From Octopus sinensis (Eukaryota), in assembly GCF_006345805.1 (NCBI RefSeq), contig NC_043000.1:57598001-57662000 (forward strand): 64,000 nt of DNA. The letters run 5' to 3'. The translations under genes and the position numbers were made by a program. A model generated the notes under the pieces. That model was not told the DNA's origin. It did not search any database and was given only the letters and a program-made list of their open reading frames with translations. This document shows positions 48,414 to 61,805 of the stretch, piece by piece (position 1 is the first letter of the stretch; each line of letters starts with the position of its first letter).

Positions 48414-49548
48414 TCTTACATATTAAAACTGAAAACGTCTGTCTGTGTGTGTATGTATCGGTATGTCCTTGTTTTGTGCCAAAATGGCTTAACCGATTTT
48501 TCTTAAACTTTACATGCACATTGCTTATGTGTCTGGGGAGGTTTTAAGTATAAACTGATTTTGAAAAAATGTTTGGGTAAACGGCAGGAGGAATAACATT
48601 TGGGTGTGAGTGAATGGTGAGAGTAATGAGTTTTAAGCTTCCAGGGGAAATAACCCATTCCCTCCTGGAAATAACCACCAAGGGAAATAACCCATTTATT
48701 TTCAGTATGCTTATTACTTAGTATTTGAACTATTTTAGTTATTTTCTCAATTTATCCAATACAACCCTTAAACAAGTAAATAGTATTCTCCTAAACAATA
48801 GATCCACTTATTTTGGTTAGTGACTTATTCGCGCTGCTGAGGGTAATATTCTCTGCGAACACACAAAAGCTTTTTTTTCACAGTAAATTACTTTGAATTG
48901 TTATTATCTCATATCTGATTAGCCTGTTATTATGTAACATGTTTCACGATTTTAGTATACATACCTTATTAGTATCTCCTCCTAAAATCTATATACTCTG
49001 GGAACGTATTAAAGCCCTTTTCGGGGCTACTTTGTTTGAATTCTTACTATAGTGTAATTACTTTCATGTTATTACATAACTGACTTCACAATTTGGGTAT
49101 TCATAACTTATTGAGATTTCCTAGAAACAAGATCCAATGTAAGACAGTTCGGTATTCTCTGTAAATGCACAAAAACCGTTTTAGGGGCTACATACTTCAT
49201 ATTATTGTTACTGGATTAGCGAAACAATTATGAGAATGGAACCAAGAGATAAGCCTGCTTTGCAGGGAATTACTGGGTATGTCAGCTACTATACATGCAT
49301 ACATACATACACACATACATACATACATACACACATACATACATACATACATACATACATACATACATACATAGATACATATATATATATGCTTATTGTA
49401 GTCTCAGGCCAACCAAAACCTTGTGAGTGGTTGATTTCTTCGACCAACGGTGGTGCTCCAGCATGGCCAAAATCATATGAATGAAACAAGTAAAACAATA
49501 AAAATCTGTGCCATTTTAATCCCGAGCAAGGCTGGGTATCTCTGCTAT
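48414..49548 (+). mobile_element. Non-autonomous Helitron-type element
   Basis: 5' TCttacatattaaaactgaaaacgtctgtctgtgtg; 3' cccgagcaaggctgggtatctctgcta(t), resembling the hairpin/CTAG end of the 31335 element. Confidence 0.55.
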
Positions 49549-50289
49549 TACTTTTTATAAATTTATTTATGATTTTCTTCAACAGATTTTCCATATTGCA
49601 AAAATGATTTTATGGAGGGCAGCTCTCCAATGATGGACATGGTTGTGAGCTGCACCTTTCTGATATTGACCCTGATTTCTCTTCTTCTGATGTATTCTAT
49701 AATGTCACGTAAATTTAGATAGTGTATTTTGAACCACAATAATTTGGGATGCGATGTGCAGCAACACATCCTCTGGATCCAACTTTGTATCATCTGCTGC
49801 AAACCCTGGTGTCACTGCTTGTAATGCAAAGTAGAGAAAAATAATAAATACAAGTGCCTGACTGGCTGTTATCAGTTGCTGGTGTCCTAGGACCCTGTAC
49901 TGCCAATCTTCTCTCCAAAATAGGGATAGCAGTGGCCTGTCAGAGAAATGAGCTCTGTGAGGTGGAGTGACTGCTGCAGTTAGTGTTGCTGGTCATTCTC
50001 TGTGACAGTGCCATTGCGGTCATTACCATGGGGCTCAGCTGAGCACACCATTTGTTCTGGGATACATCGTCCATCGCCCCTCCACCTCCATCTACTGCTT
50101 TGCTCCCCCCCACCATTTTCCTTTCTTTTCTTTTCCTTTCTGATCTCTCTACTTTCCTGTTTCTTTGTATTCAAATGTTCCAGTAACATAATGTGAGGCT
50201 CCATAACAAATCTAAAAATATCATCATTATGTAATGGATAATCAGAGTTCAGTTCCAGAGAGGGAGCATGTGAAACATAGGCACAGATG

Positions 50290-51005
50290 TGGCTGTGTGG
50301 CAAATAGCTTACCACATGATTCCGGGTTCAGTCCCACAGTGTGGAACCTTGGGCAAGTGTCTTCTACTATAGCCACAGACTGACCAAAGTCTTGTGAGTG
50401 GATTTGATTGATGGAAACTGATAGAAGCCCATTGCATATATATATACAGCTGTCATGCAAATGGCACCTGTGCTAGTAGCATGTAAAGGCATCTTTCAAG
50501 CATTGAACCTCATGGAGGCAAGGACTGAGACCAAGCTCCTTTTGACTGTTGGGCCTCACAGAGACAATAACCAGGACCTTTGGAATTATGTTGTGCTTGA
50601 GAAGACCCATCAAACCAAGTAAAATTTAAGTCATGGTAGATACTGGTGTCACACAAATGGCACCCATGCCAGTGGCACTTAAAAAGCAACCATTACACTC
50701 TTGGAGTGATTGGCATTTGGAAGGGCGTCTAGATGTAGAGACCATGCTAAAGCAGACTGGAGTCTGGTGCAGCCCTAGTCAAACTGTCCAACTCATGCCA
50801 GCATGGACAATGGACGTTAAATGATGATGATGTATATATTTATGTGTGTATGTATCTTTGTGTCTGTATTTGTTCCCCGCCATCGCCTGATAGCTGATGT
50901 TGGTGTATTTAAGTCCCAGTAACTTTGCGGTCCAGGGGCAATTTCTTCAACTAAAAAAGTGGTGCTTCAGCATGGCCACTGTCAAATGACTGAAACAAGT
51001 AAAAG
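50290..51005 (+). mobile_element. tRNA-SINE interrupted by an RTE 3' fragment
   Basis: SINE head 50290-50445, RTE tail about 50450-50832 ending (gat)n, then the SINE body resumes to gaaacaagtaaaag. Confidence 0.7.
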
Positions 51006-51649
51006 AATACAAGAAGAATAAAAGAATATTCTTAATATAGCATGGGAGTCAACAGTGACTCCCTTGGTATAATAAGAATATAGTGAAGAGAGTCACTGGT
51101 GACTCCCAAGATAGGCAAAGTGTTAAAATCTTTTACCAGTGTTGGAAATTAATTGCTACAAATATTTTGTATGTAATAAAGGCTCCAATACATTCTATAA
51201 AACAGTTTGGTTATATAAAATTGTAGTAATAAAACTTAAAACAACAAAAATTCTAACAAACTTTATTTTATTTACTTTATTTTTTTATTTTTTAAATTTT
51301 GAGCAGGGGAAATTTTTGATGAGCTTATGAAATAACTGGAAAAAATCCAACACAAATATTTTCATCATTTTTATTCACAGTCGTAAAAAAAATAAAAACG
51401 AGGATGTAAAATGTCTTTGTAGTTTGAGAAGAATGGACAAAAGTGAATTTAGTGATAAAAAAGTTTACAGAGCAAAGAAATAAAAAAAATATGGCAGACC
51501 TATCTGATTAGTGCTTAGCTAAGGTTTCTGGAGTAAGTATATGTACCATACAGATTCTGTATACTTATTAGCAAAGTTCTAGGAGAACAGAACAGAAATC
51601 TATCATATTGTTTGTCAACATTGATTACTGATTAGCCAGGGAAGCATGA

Positions 51650-51650
<1 letters not shown>

Positions 51651-51703
<53 letters not shown>

Positions 51704-51771
51704 TTATATGTACACATACACAAGCATATACATATGTGTATATATATTTATATACAGACATATATATATAT

Positions 51772-51802
<31 letters not shown>

Positions 51803-51827
51803 ATATAATATATATATACATACATAT

Positions 51828-51894
<67 letters not shown>

Positions 51895-52050
51895 CATACA
51901 TACATATATATATACATACATATATATATATATACATACATACACTCATATATATGTATATATGTGTATATATTTACATATATATGCATATATGTGTATA
52001 TACGTACATATTTATGTATGCATGCATATATATATAAACATATATTTATG

Positions 52051-52100
<50 letters not shown>

Positions 52101-52487
52101 TATACATATATATACGCATTATATATATATGCTATATATATATATATGCGACATACATATACACTATATACAAATACGCTATATACATAAACGCTATATA
52201 TTTATATATGCTGTATATATTTATATATATATATACACACACATATATATGTGTATATACTATATATACATATATATTTGTTATATATATATCTATATAT
52301 AATATATATATATATCTATCTATCTATATATATATATATTATATAATATATATATATAATATATATATAACTGTATATGCTACATATATGTATATGCTAT
52401 ATATATGCTATATATATGTGTATGTGTCTATATGTATATATATATTTATGATATACATATATCTATATATACATATATATATATATA

Positions 52488-52556
<69 letters not shown>

Positions 52557-52845
52557 CATATATACATGTGTGTGTCTATATGTATATATATATATATTAT
52601 ATGATATATATATATGTATATATGTATATATATATATATATACATATATATGTGTGTGTGTCTATATGTATATATATCTGTATATGGCATATATATATAA
52701 TGTCATATATATTATACATATATATGTGTGTGTGCGTGTGTATATATATATATATACATATATACATACATATATATATGCATATATATAAATATATGTA
52801 TATATTTACATCTATATATATGTATGTATGTATATATAATATATA

Positions 52846-52907
<62 letters not shown>

Positions 52908-53017
52908 GCTACAAATATATATATATATATATCGTTTTATTCTACTTGTTTCAGTCACCTGACTGTGGCCATACTGGAGCACTGCCTTACATAGCATATA
53001 TATATATGCATACTATA

Positions 53018-53076
<59 letters not shown>

Positions 53077-53142
53077 TGTGTATAACATATATATATAAGT
53101 ATATGCATATACAATGTATATATATGTATATATTCATATGTA

Positions 53143-53180
<38 letters not shown>

Positions 53181-53340
53181 CACACACATACATACATATA
53201 CATATATTATATTATATATACATACACACACACATATATATATGTATATACATATATGAATATATCTATGTATATATATTATATATATATATATATATAT
53301 AATATATATATATATATGTATGTATGTATATGAATATATG
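51651..53340. repeat. Compound (TA)n/(TACA)n microsatellite field
   Basis: About 1.7 kb of degenerate TA repeats with a SINE tail fragment at about 52933-52988. Confidence 0.97.
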
Positions 53341-53613
53341 GTTATCAACACTTAACACTAATTAGGAGGAGATCTAAAGACAATATATGGTATATGGCTG
53401 CACAGGTATATCACTTTTTAATGTAAAAACCTAATGGTTTTAAGCAAGGATCAAAACCACATGGACAGATTTGAAATTTCAAAATAGGTTCATGGAAAAA
53501 GCATTAAATAGGAGACTTGAGGTTATTTTATTCTCATAATTGAAAAGGAAATATTAAACAATAGATAAATAAAACAAAATGGCAGGGGGAACACATATAA
53601 TGGTGTAAATTGA

Positions 53614-53615
<2 letters not shown>

Positions 53616-53656
<41 letters not shown>

Positions 53657-53716
53657 ACGTGTGTGTGCATGTGTGTGTGTATGTATGTCTATATGTATGT
53701 ATGTATATATGTATAT

Positions 53717-53751
<35 letters not shown>

Positions 53752-53763
53752 CATACATATACA

Positions 53764-53819
<56 letters not shown>

Positions 53820-53822
53820 TAT

Positions 53823-53871
<49 letters not shown>

Positions 53872-54111
53872 GATACATATATACATACATATATATACAT
53901 AGATGCATATATACATACATATATATACATAGATGCATATATACATACATATATATACATATATGTATATATATATATATATATACATACATATATATAT
54001 ACAAACACATATATGTATATACATATATAAATACACACACACATGCACACTCTCACACACACACACACATATATATATACACACACACACACATATATGT
54101 ATATATATATA

Positions 54112-54144
<33 letters not shown>

Positions 54145-54237
54145 TACACATATATAATATGCATACATATAATTATGATACACATATATATGTATATATA
54201 CACACACATATACATATGTATACATACACACGCATAC
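53616..54237. repeat. Compound (TG)n/(TA)n/(TACA)n microsatellite
   Basis: Direct inspection. Confidence 0.97.
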
Positions 54238-54757
54238 AGGAAACTAGTATTGCAACAGAGATGAGAAATTTTCTAGCAATGATTGGTAGAATATTGCAAC
54301 AAGGTGTATTAGAAAGGATGCAACATCTCTATTGCTGACTCTGTAGTATAGAATTGGCAACAGGTATGTTTTAAACTAAACTTGGATTGCATATTTGAGG
54401 CAAATGAAATGCTAGAAAGCAAGAAAAGATGCCAAAAGCCGAGAGAAAAATGTTATGATAGATTTATATCCTATATTATGTTGCAAGGAATGTTTTAGAA
54501 CAAGAGAAGTTACCATACATTTGTAGGCGGGGGTTGTTGTCACCAAAGAATGAATGAAGTAGGGTATTACATGTGATGGGTAATGTAAATAGAGACACTA
54601 TATTAAAAAAAAAAATGAAGGAAGTTTTAACACAATGCAAGATGATAGAAAAGCTAAATAACAGGGGGAACAAACCACATTGCAAGATGATAGGGGGGTG
54701 CTTACATAAGCAAGGTAAGCAGATAACCAACAGAATTGGTCAACTAATGTCATTGAA

Positions 54758-54804
<47 letters not shown>

Positions 54805-56004
54805 TATATACATATATATATTTATATGTGTGTGTTTGTGTGGAAGGGATACTTTTTGTGTTCTAGGAAAAGTTTGAGTGTATAGCTGATGTGTGAGGGA
54901 TTTTTTTCTGGCCAGGCAGTAGTTTAAAAGACATAAAAAAAAAACAAAGATAACACTTCCACAAACAGGTTTTATTTCTTCTTGTTGTCCACAGTATCGT
55001 ATTATCCACTGAGCACAACAATCATTAAGATTATCACACAAACGAAATTTTGGAAAATTTGTAATTTTTTACATTTTTAAATACTTTTTCATATAAAGAC
55101 TTTCTCAGATTTTGTTGTTGTTTTTTTCTAGTAGCAAGTTGTAGTTGGAGTAATTGTTGTCGTTATTATGGCTGCTGCTGTCGTTTTATCATCATTAACC
55201 ATGATTAGGAAATGAGTGTCTGTGTCTCTGGGAATATGACCCTTCAATTAAAGTCTAAGGTTTGGCTTTCATAGAGAAATATTTTCAGATTAGAAAGAAA
55301 CAAAAGTTCATTCAAGGGAGATTTCTTAATTGAGAAACGCCACTCCCAATCAAACACTTTTTGCTTTGGTATTTTTCTTCATTATTTCAAGCAACAAATG
55401 AACATATATCTATGTAATTAACAAGACTTTAGTGGGTGATAATGCAATAATAATTTGTTTCTTACATAAGCAAGAAGATATGGGGATTTTTAAGGGAAAT
55501 GGGACAGCGTCACATCCATATCTTCCCCTAAGCCGTTAAGTAACATACAGAAGTGGAGTGAAAGGGCTCCAACCATGAAGCAAAAATGAATCATCAGCTT
55601 GGATTGACAGAAGCTTACTTCCTCCTCTCTACACACTTGCCACAATATATAAATAAACAATATATTATATATATATATATATGGAGTATTAAAATTGGAT
55701 GATATAACAAGAACAGGAACAAAAAAATAAAGCCAATTTGAGGTGGAAAGAGCAGCAATGATGAAAATGATGAGGATGATGATAACAGTGAGAACGACAA
55801 CAAGAACAAAAACAGCATCATATTTGGTTAATGGTTAACCTCTGTCATATTAGCACTATCAATAAGAAATGTCTGACAGTGCCAATATGCAATTCATCAA
55901 AGGGATTGTGGTCTGTAAACTAAAAACATATTTTCAGGACTGTGACCAATGATACAGTTCCAATAATTGGTTAATTGGTGATAAACATCAGAATACTGGA
56001 AGTT

Positions 56005-56252
<248 letters not shown>

Positions 56253-58245
56253 GATTTTCTAGTCCTCAGATTTAAAGATTGCAGGAGTTACCAGCCAGTG
56301 ATGTGTTTGAAAGCAACACAGAATGCTCTTTACAGAAGCTTCCAGCAAACATAGAAAATGGAAAGACTCACTGATAATAATCTTGAAATAATTTGTTTTA
56401 AAGTTATGCCATCACAGTCAAAGTCTAGGAAATGGTAATCATATTACATGGGCTAGTTACTAGAATTTGTTGCTTGTTTTTTTCTTGATTTTTTTTTACA
56501 TTCTTAGAAGGAGAATTCAAATTAATGCAATATTTTCATGGCTATAAAATTCTTTAACTGATCATGATTAATAATAACTTGGGAAATAAAGTACTGACGA
56601 AAGCAATGTACATTAAACAAAGCAAGAAGAATTGGTCTGAATAGCATATATATTCCAGTATACACGCCACCCAGCTACAGTACATAGTATTTAATTGCTC
56701 TATGGAAACAAAAAAACAAAAACAAAAATAAGCCATGTGCTTTGACTAATGTGCGTGTAAATGTGTGCCTTTTTTTTCTGTATATGTGCAGGCATATACA
56801 TGTATAGAAAGTGAAAAATGAATGTTTATGTGTATGCATAATACCATTATTCCAATAATATACATTATAACCATTATCGATTTCTCACACTGACACAAGG
56901 CCACAAAATTGTAAGAAAGGGAAGCAATGAATTGAATTAACCCCAGTGCATAACTAGTACTTATTTTATCACACTGAATGGTAGGTGCTAAATGACAAAG
57001 ACAACTGTGGCAGGATTTGAACTCAGAGCATGAGGAACGAAACTATATAACATAATGCATTTACTCCAGCTCTCCATTCATGCAATCACTCACATGTCTA
57101 TATGTATGATCATTATTAAGAGTATTTATAGATTTATTTGTTTCAAATTCGTAGCAATAATATAACTATGAATTCCTTCTGGGCCTTTTCTTTGAATAAA
57201 TGTTAGGCCACATTGGATAAAAGTAGAGATTCCTCTGCTCCTTGTTAAAATAAGATGATTTTGTGAATGAAATGTGTGAATTGTTTCAACCAAACAATGT
57301 TTATCTATTTATGCTTGCAAGAGGTGAAAAAGATTACCTGATAGGAAATAAGATAAATAATAGTCTGTTTAACAGAAGAGCATCGGGGATAATGGGGTAT
57401 GATACTAGTGATACTGTCTAACAGTAGAAATGAATAAGGTGTCACTGATATAGTATTGAGAGCGATAGTTATGATGCAAGTTATGATAACTATGATGCAA
57501 GATGTACAATTTAAATAATTTGAACTGACAATTGACCTTGGTATATTGCTAGTATTTATTTTACTGATTGTTAGTGGAAGAAGATGAAAGTTAAGTCAAC
57601 TCCATGGAGATTTGAATTTAGAGAGATGAAGTTAAATACTGAAAGAGATTTGCTTCACCATTCTGTAATATCCATTTGCACTGAGTTTTGTCAGTTATAT
57701 AACTATGCAGCAAACAGTGTTAGTTATATAACATCAATGTAATCTAAGGAACTGAAACTTAAAGCAATGCCTTCATGTACAACCTTATGAAGGAGCTTCT
57801 ATACAATAGCTTGACCTTATAGAAACAGCAGCCAAATCTCCCTGAAATCATACCTGAGCATCATAAAATAGGCAAGAACATATCAGATAGTAATTCTAGC
57901 TAATCCTAAAAAACAGGTTGGTCATGGATGGAATGCCTTTAATCACAGGTTAACTCAATCAGGATTGAGCACAACATGTCTTCAAGTAGTGTGTTGTTGT
58001 TAAGACAGCTTGATGGATCCCCTTCCTTGCCTTGGTTGCAAATTACAGATATGTGGACTAAAATGAATTAAATTAACTATGAATTGAATCTGTATCACAG
58101 ATTTATGTTATTAGGAGCATTTCACCACACTAAGGTACTATTTATCGACAATACCTAAATCTGCGTTTTTAGACTACTTCCTCTCCTAAAACTGCCACTT
58201 TTGTGCCTAAATAAGTAAATTATTATCATCATTATAATTATTTAA

Positions 58246-58445
58246 GGCAGTGAGCTGCCAGAATCATTAGCACATGGACAAAATGCTTAGTGACATTTTT
58301 TCTGAGACTTAATGTTCTGAGTTCAAATTCAGCTGAGGTCAACTTTACTTTTCATCCTTTCAGAGTTGATAAAATAAAATACTGGGATTGATGTAATCAA
58401 CCAATACCCTCATCTTGAAATTGCTGGCCTTGTGCCAAAATTAGA
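58246..58445 (+). mobile_element. tRNA-SINE (Meta-domain-like)
   Basis: ggcagtgagctgccagaatcattagc...ttctgagttcaaattc...ttttcatcctttcagagttgataaa. Confidence 0.7.
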
Positions 58446-59341
58446 GAGAATTATTTTTATTAGGATAATTATTATTATTATGAAGATCATTCATATTTAT
58501 GCAACATCATTGAATTTATGAAGAAGTGTCATAATAGATTAAGTCAATACCACTATATTTGAGAGTTAATTAGCTTAATGAGCACTGAGATATGAAAGGC
58601 AACCTGTAGAAGGAGAGAAACACAACTAAATACAGTAATGCATTTAGTCTGCATTATGTTACTTTCACCTAGTAATAATACGGATGGTTTCTAATTTAGA
58701 CACAAGGTCAGAAATTTGTGGGGAGGTGTTAATCAATTACAGCAACCCCACTTAGGTTTTTGACCCCCAAAAGGACGAAAAGCAAAAGTGACCTTGGCAG
58801 GATTTGAACTCAAGACTATAGAGATTGAGAATAAATATCGCAAGATACATTGTCACTCTAATGACTTTATGAATCTGCTGCCTTTGCGCGCGCACACACA
58901 CACACACACAGAGTAATTTCTAAAGTAGGCACAGAGAACTAGCAAACTGTAAAAAATAAAAAAAAAATAGCACTCTTACTTCTAGCAGAAGAACTAATAT
59001 ACCAGATGACTATACTATATAACATCATATATAAATATGCACCCAGTATACTCTGTAAAGTGGTTGGCATTAGGAAGGGTATTCAGCTGTAGAAACCATG
59101 CCAAAGCAGACGCTGGAGGTTGGCAGAATCCTCTCCTTCATGGTTCCTGTTGAATAATCCATTCTATGCCAGAGTAGAAAGCAGATATTGAATAATGATG
59201 GTTATATAATATCCAGATGTTATATAATCATCATGTTTTAATATTTTGCTTAAGTATTGTGATACTAATAACCTGGTGTAGAATTCACTATATGTATGAC
59301 ACTGAATGGTAATGAAAAAAGTGATGACAAAGAAATAATGA

Positions 59342-59564
59342 TTATCTTATGAACATTATTAGCTTACAGCCGTTTCCTCTATAAGATATGGTGGACTCAT
59401 AGTTGAGTGTCTGAATAACACCTTACAGTTTCATCAGAGCGTCAAACATGAAGTGCATGTTTGAAGCTCTGATGAAAGTGTAAGGTGTTACACAGGCACT
59501 CAATCATCAGTCTACCATATCATATAGAGGAAACAGATGTAAGCTAATGAAGTTCATAAGATAA
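59342..59564. mobile_element. Foldback element (arms about 109 bp, 5-nt loop) with a hammerhead-like motif in each arm
   Basis: ttatcttatgaac...tcaaacatg-aagtg-catgtttga...gttcataagataa. Confidence 0.8.
59465..59545 (+). ncRNA. Type I hammerhead ribozyme-like motif (mirror copy at about 59361-59441 on the minus strand)
   Basis: agcu-CUGAUGA-[long stem II]-GAAA-cagaug-UA-agcu; the mirror copy has GAAA-cggcug-UA-agcu. The base of stem II is mismatched. Confidence 0.55.
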
Positions 59565-59603
59565 CTATTTATTTATTGTTTAGTCATCTCTTTTTTAGAT
59601 ATC

Positions 59604-59666
<63 letters not shown>

Positions 59667-59918
59667 CACATTAACAAGGAAAGAGTATTGACAGTGAGTT
59701 TAGAGTTTCAGCTAGCTCCCTATCAACAGACTGTTAAAGGTGAGCAAACCCAAATTTTGAAGTCATTGTCAATTTTTTTCATGTTAATAAAAGGTTAATA
59801 AATATCTACCCTTCTAAAAAGTGTTGAATCCTTCAGTTTCATATTAAAATTTTTTTTTTTTTTATATATATATATAACTTATATAACTTGACATATAACA
59901 AACATATATATATGTATA

Positions 59919-60813
59919 TATGTGGTCTGATCAATAAGAATCTGGGCTGTTGCTATAGTAATGAAACTAAAGCATGTAGATTAAAGCTGTTTGGCACAGA
60001 TTGATCTTGAACTATGCAATGCACAGGCACAAAGTTTTAATATTCTAGCTCAATTCCGCTGTTTACAGCAGTGCTTGGAAGGAAAGTGTGTAGCATGTAA
60101 TTGTCACACTGACTTTAACAGAGAAAGTTGAGCAGAGAATCAGCATTACATTTTGACAAAAGCTTGGCAAAAATTGCCCAGAGGCCTATGCAAAATTTTC
60201 AAAAAGTTTTCATCATTTTGGATACAATCAAGGAGATCTTGTGCAACTGAAACCCAAGCATCTCTTTGGTCAGCTGAAAGCAGTTTTGGCACAAACTTGG
60301 CAGACACGCGTCTCATACCCAAATATTCAGTGATTATGGACTGAACTGAACTGTAACTAGTCTGCACATCCTCTGATAACTCATGGTGATTCAAAGATTT
60401 CCCCTCACAGCTGCACACACATCTGCAATGTTTTTTTCAGTTTGGTTGGTTGCGGGTCTCCCAGAATGTTCATCAATATCAACATTTTTACAGCCATCTT
60501 GGAAACGTCTGAACCACTTGTACACTTGTGTGTGGCTCATACACTCCTCTGCATACACTTTCTGCAACTTTGCATAGGCCTCTGAGCAGGTGTCACCACG
60601 ACAACTTTTTCTGTCATGGTCAATGCGACGATCCCATGCTACACACCTTCCTTCCAAGCACTGCTGTAAACAGCAGAAGTGAGCTAGAACATTGAAACTT
60701 AGGACCCGTGCACAGCAGAACTCAAGGTCAATCTGTACCAAATGGCTTCACTCTGTGTGCTTTAGCTTCATTACTATGGCAACGATCCAGATACTTATTG
60801 ATCCGACTTCGTA
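59919..60813. mobile_element. Mariner derivative made of two inverted 5' halves (TIR-like arms over 200 bp)
   Basis: About 59920-60130 pairs with about 60600-60812. Minus strand encodes SEAYAKLQKVYAEECMSHTQVYKWFRRFQDG..HSGRP and LGMRRVSAKFVPKLL (HTH and WVP-like linker); no catalytic domain. Confidence 0.85.
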
Positions 60814-60985
60814 TATGCATGTATACATATATGTATATATGTGTGTGTATATGTCTATATATATATATATGCATGCATATATACACTTATATGTGTGTAT
60901 ATCACAATCAAATGACTGAAACAAATAAAAGACTAAAAGAATATATCTGTGTGTGTGTGTGTGTGTGTACATATGTGTGTATATG

Positions 60986-61067
<82 letters not shown>

Positions 61068-61774
61068 TATACATATATGTGTGTGTGTGTGTATGTGCGT
61101 GCATGTGTGTGCATGTGCACGTGTCTGTGAATATTAAGTTGAGGATATTATTTTAAAGTTAGATATAGAAATATTAATAACAAGGAGATATTTATTGATG
61201 AAGTGACTCAATTTTGAGAATAGAGTCAAACTGATTGAAAATTTTATCATTGGCTTGGACTTCCAAGTTTTGTTGGATGGCTTATTAAACCACCATTGAC
61301 TGTGTTGAAAAAAAACCCTTATGTAAAAACTGAGAACTCAGTCAACTTTATGCTTGACTTTATAAAATATAAACAGATTTATATGTGAAAGAATAAATAA
61401 ATTGTTTTACCTTCCATGATGTTTGAAACTGCATATTAACATTTTGAAGATATGATTTTTAAATTAGAATTTTTAATAACTATAGTTTTAAAAAAATATT
61501 TACTTTGTATACAATGTCATCTAAGAGAGAGATGAGTGAAAGAGATGTATATGTGTATGTGTGAGAAAAAAATTTGTATGAGGCAGAGATAGAAATGGAG
61601 AGTTTACCCCTCCATTTCTGACTCTTCCCCCATTTTATCCTAAGGTAACCTTAAACCTGATATGTTTTTCTACATACATTATCTGAGTGCACGTTTTAAA
61701 AAACATATGTTGAGTAATGGTGACATTGTCTCAAGACAAACATTGATGCTCATACATAATATACATACTCTCCA

Positions 61775-61805
<31 letters not shown>

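Larger units (their letters stand above)
47991..51122. mobile_element. Probable degenerate piggyBac-like element hosting later insertions
   Basis: TTAA|cactttgcct at 47987-48000 and aggcaaagtg|TTAA at 51113-51126. No clear transposase is recoverable. Confidence 0.45.

Noticed and set aside
51615-54338. Many long ORFs rich in Y/I/C/V/H/T (also about 55900-56350 and 60700-61150)
   Set aside because: Translations of TA/CA/TG microsatellites that lack stop codons; not genes.
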